In this document: in pieces, positions 59,186 through 64,000 of the stretch | Position numbering within the stretch: position 1 is the stretch's first letter | How the letters are laid out: each line of letters opens with the position of its first letter | Origin: an uncultured Acidobacteriota bacterium | Lineage (GTDB): Bacteria > Acidobacteriota > Vicinamibacteria > Vicinamibacterales > UBA2999 | Assembly: GCA_963841905.1 (NCBI GenBank) | Contig: CAWJEM010000011.1 | Location: 4,064 to 68,063, forward strand | DNA: 64,000 nt | Direction of reading: 5' to 3' | The notes under the pieces: generated by a model | Told to the model about the DNA's origin: nothing | The model's input: only the letters and a program-made list of their open reading frames with translations | The model's database searches: none | Made by a program: the position numbers and the translations under genes

Positions 59186-59731
59186 ATGTCATTGAGAACA
59201 TCGGCGACGCGGTACGCGAAAGCCCTGCTCGCGGTTGCCATCCAGGAATCCGATCCGGCTCGAATCGAAGCCGACCTCAGCGAGATTGTCGGCGCCATGA
59301 CGTCGTCATCCGAGCTGCGTCGCGCCATGCTCAATCCTGCTGTGCCGCAGAGTGCGCGCGTCAGCCTCGTGCGAGCTCTCAGCGATCGAGCTGGGGTTCA
59401 AGCGCCGGTCGCCAAGCTCCTGGTCATGCTCGCGGAACGAGGGCGCCTCGAGCTGCTACCCGACCTGCTCGATGTCTACCGCGAGCGGTTGTTGGCGCAT
59501 TCGAACATCGTCCGCGGCCGCGTTACCTCCGCTGTGCCGCTCGCGCCTGAGCGTGTGCATGCGTTGGAGGAGAGCCTGGGAGCGCGAACGGGCAAGCACG
59601 TGCAGCTCGACCCGGCCGTCGACCCGGCGCTCATCGGCGGGGTCGTCGCAAGGATCGGGAGCACGGTGTATGACGGCAGCATTCGGATGCAGCTTCAGAA
59701 GATGCGGCAGCAGATGGTCAGTGATCAGTGA
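59186..59731 (+). CDS. atpH: F0F1 ATP synthase subunit delta (OSCP)
   Basis: 181 aa containing ..RYAKALLAVAIQ.. and ..DPALIGGVVARIGSTVYDGSIRMQL... Confidence 0.9.
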   Translation: MSLRTSATRYAKALLAVAIQESDPARIEADLSEIVGAMTSSSELRRAMLNPAVPQSARVSLVRALSDRAGVQAPVAKLLVMLAERGRLELLPDLLDVYRERLLAHSNIVRGRVTSAVPLAPERVHALEESLGARTGKHVQLDPAVDPALIGGVVARIGSTVYDGSIRMQLQKMRQQMVSDQ

Positions 59732-59760
59732 TCAGTGATCAGGGCGCAGGGCGCAGGGCG
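59719..59760. repeat. Word array W-G: (CAGTGAT)x3 directly followed by (CAGGGCG)x3
   Basis: Perfect heptamer tandems lie at 59719-59739 and 59740-59760. The array overlaps the atpH stop (59729-59731). Confidence 0.9.
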
Positions 59761-59827
59761 CAGAACGGGCAGCGACCGGTAGCCGGCAACCACAGAGGTT
59801 TTGGCAAGGAATCAGGGAACTGCAAAC

Positions 59828-61363
59828 ATGAATCTCAAAGCTGACGAGATTTCCAAAATCATCCGCGAGCAGATCGGAAGCTTCGCGGTTGACGTCGATG
59901 TGGCCGAGGTCGGCACCGTCACGTCGCTGGGCGACGGCATTGCGCGCCTCCATGGCTGCGAGCGAGCCATGGCGGGCGAAATGCTGGAGTTCCCGCACGG
60001 GGTGTTCGGCATCGCGCTGAATCTCGAGGAAGACAGCGTCGGCTGCGTGTTGCTCGGCGAGTATCGCGAGATCAAGGAGGGCGACCCGGTCAAGCGAACG
60101 GGGCGCATCATTTCGGTTCCGGTTGGCGAAGAAATGCTCGGCCGCGTGGTCAATGCGCTTGGTCGGCCGATCGACGGCAAGGGTCCGGTCCTCACCAAAC
60201 AGTTTGCTCCGATCGAGCGTCTGGCTCCCGGCGTCGTCGATCGTCAGCCGGTGCGCGAGCCGCTCCAGACCGGTCTCAAGGCCATCGACGGGATGGTGCC
60301 GATCGGTCGCGGCCAGCGCGAGCTCATCATCGGGGATCGACAGACGGGAAAAACGGCGCTCGCGCTCGACACCATTCTCAATCAGAAGGAAACCGGCGTC
60401 ATCTGCATCTACAACGCGATCGGTCAGAAGCAGTCAACGATCGCGCAGTTGGTGCGAACGCTTGAAGAGAGCGACGCGTTGCGTTACAGCATCGTCGTCG
60501 CCGCGGCGGCGTCCGATCCGGCGCCGATGCTGTACATCAGCCCGTATTCCGCGACGGCGATGGGCGAGTTCTTCCGCGACAGCGGGCGCCACGCCTTGCT
60601 GGTCTACGACGACCTCTCGAAGCACGCCCAGGCCTATCGCGAAATCTCGCTGCTGCTTCGTCGTCCGCCCGGCCGCGAGGCGTATCCCGGTGACGTTTTC
60701 TATCTGCACTCGCGTTTGCTGGAACGGGCCGCGAAGCTGAACGACGCCAACGGCGGAGGCTCGCTGACGTCGCTTCCGATCATCGAAACGCAGGCCGGCG
60801 ACCTCTCGGCGTACATCCCGACGAACGTGATCTCGATCACCGACGGGCAGATCTTCCTGGAGTCCGACTTGTTCAACCAGGGCGTGCGGCCGGCCATCAA
60901 CGTTGGCAACTCGGTGTCGCGCGTCGGCGGTTCGGCTCAGATCAAGGCGATGCGTCAGGTGGCCGGCACGCTGCGGCTCGACCTCGCACAGTATCGCGAG
61001 CTGGCGGCATTCGCGCAGTTCGGTTCGAGCGACCTGGACAAAGCGACCCAGCAGCAGTTGAATCGCGGCGCCCGGCTGGTGGAATTGCTCAAGCAGCCTC
61101 AGTACCAGCCCCTGCCGGTCGAAAAGCAGGTGGCGATTGTCTACGCCGGCACGCAGGGCTTGCTCGACGAGGTCGCGGTGCCTGACGTTCGCGCCTACGA
61201 AACCGAGTTTCATCGCTTCATGGAGTCGCGCTTCGGCAACGTGCTGCAGACGATTCGCGACAAGAAGAATCTGGACGACGAGATCAAGAAGGCATTGGGG
61301 GCGGCGATCAAGGAGTTCAATGAGCAGTTCATCGCCGCGCGCGCGGCGGGAGCGAGGGGCTGA
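59828..61363 (+). CDS. atpA: F0F1 ATP synthase subunit alpha
   Basis: Starts [19 protein letters not shown] at 59828. The P-loop GDRQTGKT is present. Confidence 0.95.
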   Translation: MNLKADEISKIIREQIGSFAVDVDVAEVGTVTSLGDGIARLHGCERAMAGEMLEFPHGVFGIALNLEEDSVGCVLLGEYREIKEGDPVKRTGRIISVPVGEEMLGRVVNALGRPIDGKGPVLTKQFAPIERLAPGVVDRQPVREPLQTGLKAIDGMVPIGRGQRELIIGDRQTGKTALALDTILNQKETGVICIYNAIGQKQSTIAQLVRTLEESDALRYSIVVAAAASDPAPMLYISPYSATAMGEFFRDSGRHALLVYDDLSKHAQAYREISLLLRRPPGREAYPGDVFYLHSRLLERAAKLNDANGGGSLTSLPIIETQAGDLSAYIPTNVISITDGQIFLESDLFNQGVRPAINVGNSVSRVGGSAQIKAMRQVAGTLRLDLAQYRELAAFAQFGSSDLDKATQQQLNRGARLVELLKQPQYQPLPVEKQVAIVYAGTQGLLDEVAVPDVRAYETEFHRFMESRFGNVLQTIRDKKNLDDEIKKALGAAIKEFNEQFIAARAAGARG

Positions 61364-61374
61364 CGACGTACAAG

Positions 61375-61443
61375 CCACCGAGACACAGAGACTCAGAGAT
61401 ACCCATGGTTAAGGGTTCTGAGTCTCTGAGCTCTAGCTGAGGC
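61375..61443. repeat. Word array W-N: CAGAG-type hairpin in the atpA-atpG spacer
   Basis: CAGAGACTCAGA (61386-61397) pairs perfectly with TCTGAGTCTCTG (61418-61429). The flanking words are degenerate. Confidence 0.85.
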
Positions 61444-61463
61444 CCATATGTGGGCGTAACGAC

Positions 61464-62327
61464 ATGCCATCTCTTATCGATATCCGCCGCCGCGTTCGCG
61501 CCGTGAAGTCGACGCAGCAGATTACGAAGGCCATGAAGATGGTCTCGTCATCGAAGCTGCGCCGTGCCCAGGAGCGCATTCTGCGAAGCCGTCCCTACGC
61601 GCAGGAGATGCTGCGAGTGTTCAACAGCCTGGCCACGCGCACCGAAGCGGCCAGGCACGTCTTGCTGCAGGAACAGCCCGGGCAGCGTCCGCTGCTGATC
61701 GTCATCACGGCGGATCGGGGCCTGGCCGGCAGCTTCAACGCGAACGTGATCAAGGGCGCGGCGGAGTTCATTACGGGACACCGGGGTGACGCGAACCACC
61801 AGGTGGCGCTGGCGCTCGTCGGCCGGAAGGGACGGGACTTCTTCCTGCGCCGAGGATTCGACGTCCGGTACGAAGAGATCGGCCTGTTCCAGAACGTCAA
61901 GTGGTCGCACGCGCAGGCGATAGCGAGCACCGCCATCAAGGAGTTTCTCGCGCCCGACATCGGGTCGGTGTATCTCGTCTACAACCAGTTCAAGTCCATC
62001 ATGTCGCAGCAGGTCGTCCTCGAGCGGCTCCTGCCGATCGCGAAGCTCGAACAGGAGCCGTCAGCCGCGACGATCGATTATCTCTTCGAGCCGTCGCCGG
62101 AGCAGCTGCTCGACACGCTGCTCCCGTTCCACGTCGCGGTACAGGTCAATCGCGCCCTGCTCGAGTCTTCGGCGGCCGAGCATGCGGCGCGCATGACGGC
62201 CATGGACAGCGCGACGCGCAACGCGCGGGAGATGGTGGACCGACTCACGCTTTACATGAACAAGGTTCGACAGGCAGCGATCACCCGCGAGATCATCGAG
62301 ATCGTCGCGGGAGCACAGTCCGTGTAG
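61464..62327 (+). CDS. atpG: F0F1 ATP synthase subunit gamma
   Basis: 287 aa. The N-terminus is MPSLIDIRRRVRAVKSTQQITKAMKMVSSSKLRRAQ. Confidence 0.95.
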   Translation: MPSLIDIRRRVRAVKSTQQITKAMKMVSSSKLRRAQERILRSRPYAQEMLRVFNSLATRTEAARHVLLQEQPGQRPLLIVITADRGLAGSFNANVIKGAAEFITGHRGDANHQVALALVGRKGRDFFLRRGFDVRYEEIGLFQNVKWSHAQAIASTAIKEFLAPDIGSVYLVYNQFKSIMSQQVVLERLLPIAKLEQEPSAATIDYLFEPSPEQLLDTLLPFHVAVQVNRALLESSAAEHAARMTAMDSATRNAREMVDRLTLYMNKVRQAAITREIIEIVAGAQSV

Positions 62328-63839
<1,512 letters not shown>

Positions 63840-63848
63840 TAACGGACA

Positions 63849-63919
63849 GGCCTCAGAGACACAGAGTCTCAGAGAACAGGAAATGAAGAGAAGCTCGGAG
63901 ATTCTGAGCCTCTGAGGCC
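63849..63919. repeat. Word array W-O: CAGAG-type hairpin in the atpD-atpC spacer
   Basis: The outer 10-bp perfect stem is GGCCTCAGAG (63849-63858) with CTCTGAGGCC (63910-63919). An internal pair GAGAC..GTCTC is also present. Confidence 0.85.
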
Positions 63920-63937
63920 CGAACGTTGGTGTGAACA

Positions 63938-64000
63938 GTGGCGCTACCAACCAAACTCACCCTCAACATCGTCACCCCCGACCAGTCCCTGTCCTTTGAG
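63938..64000 (+). CDS. atpC: F0F1 ATP synthase subunit epsilon, first 21 codons (runs off window)
   Basis: From a GTG start it reads ALPTKLTLNIVTPDQSLSFE. The position after atpD supports the call. Confidence 0.7.
   Translation, partial: MALPTKLTLNIVTPDQSLSFE

Overview
High-GC bacterial chromosome segment centred on the replication-origin neighbourhood. The gene content (alternative complex III, CarboxypepD_reg-type TonB-like outer-membrane proteins) suggests Acidobacteriota; this is inference only. The right half is a classic origin-proximal block. gyrA-gyrB-dnaN-dnaA lie on the minus strand, diverging from rpmH-rnpA-yidD-yidC-jag-mnmE-mnmG-rsmG-parA-parB-selD-atpF'FHAGDC on the plus strand. 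The left half holds actAB, two TonB-like receptors, a GT-C/TPR protein, a CapA-like protein, an amidohydrolase, a wzm/wzt glycan-export operon, tRNA-Ser, serS, galU, rsmI, glmU, glmS and uvrD. I do not see a convincing novel multi-gene system such as a defence island, a mobile element or a CRISPR array. The features that ordinary annotation does not explain are these. (1) Sixteen intergenic arrays are built from reiterated 7-8 nt words, mostly as inverted arms. They fall into at least seven word families that share one construction rule, and several lie inside conserved operons. (2) Two genes are split in the ORF track by in-frame TGA codons that look like selenocysteine: selD, and a thioredoxin-fold oxidoreductase with a U-P-H-C redox motif. 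Each TGA is followed by a hairpin. (3) Two perfect parS-like palindromes are present, and their half-site closely resembles the most abundant repeat word. (4) There is a DnaA-box cluster and an AT-rich candidate oriC. (5) A triple palindromic operator array lies upstream of a GAF-HTH gene. (6) At least five single-nucleotide frame disruptions affect actB, one TonB-like receptor (two sites), an Fn3 protein and rsmI, all in the left 32 kb. Many long ORFs in the track are antisense shadows of real genes and are not reported.
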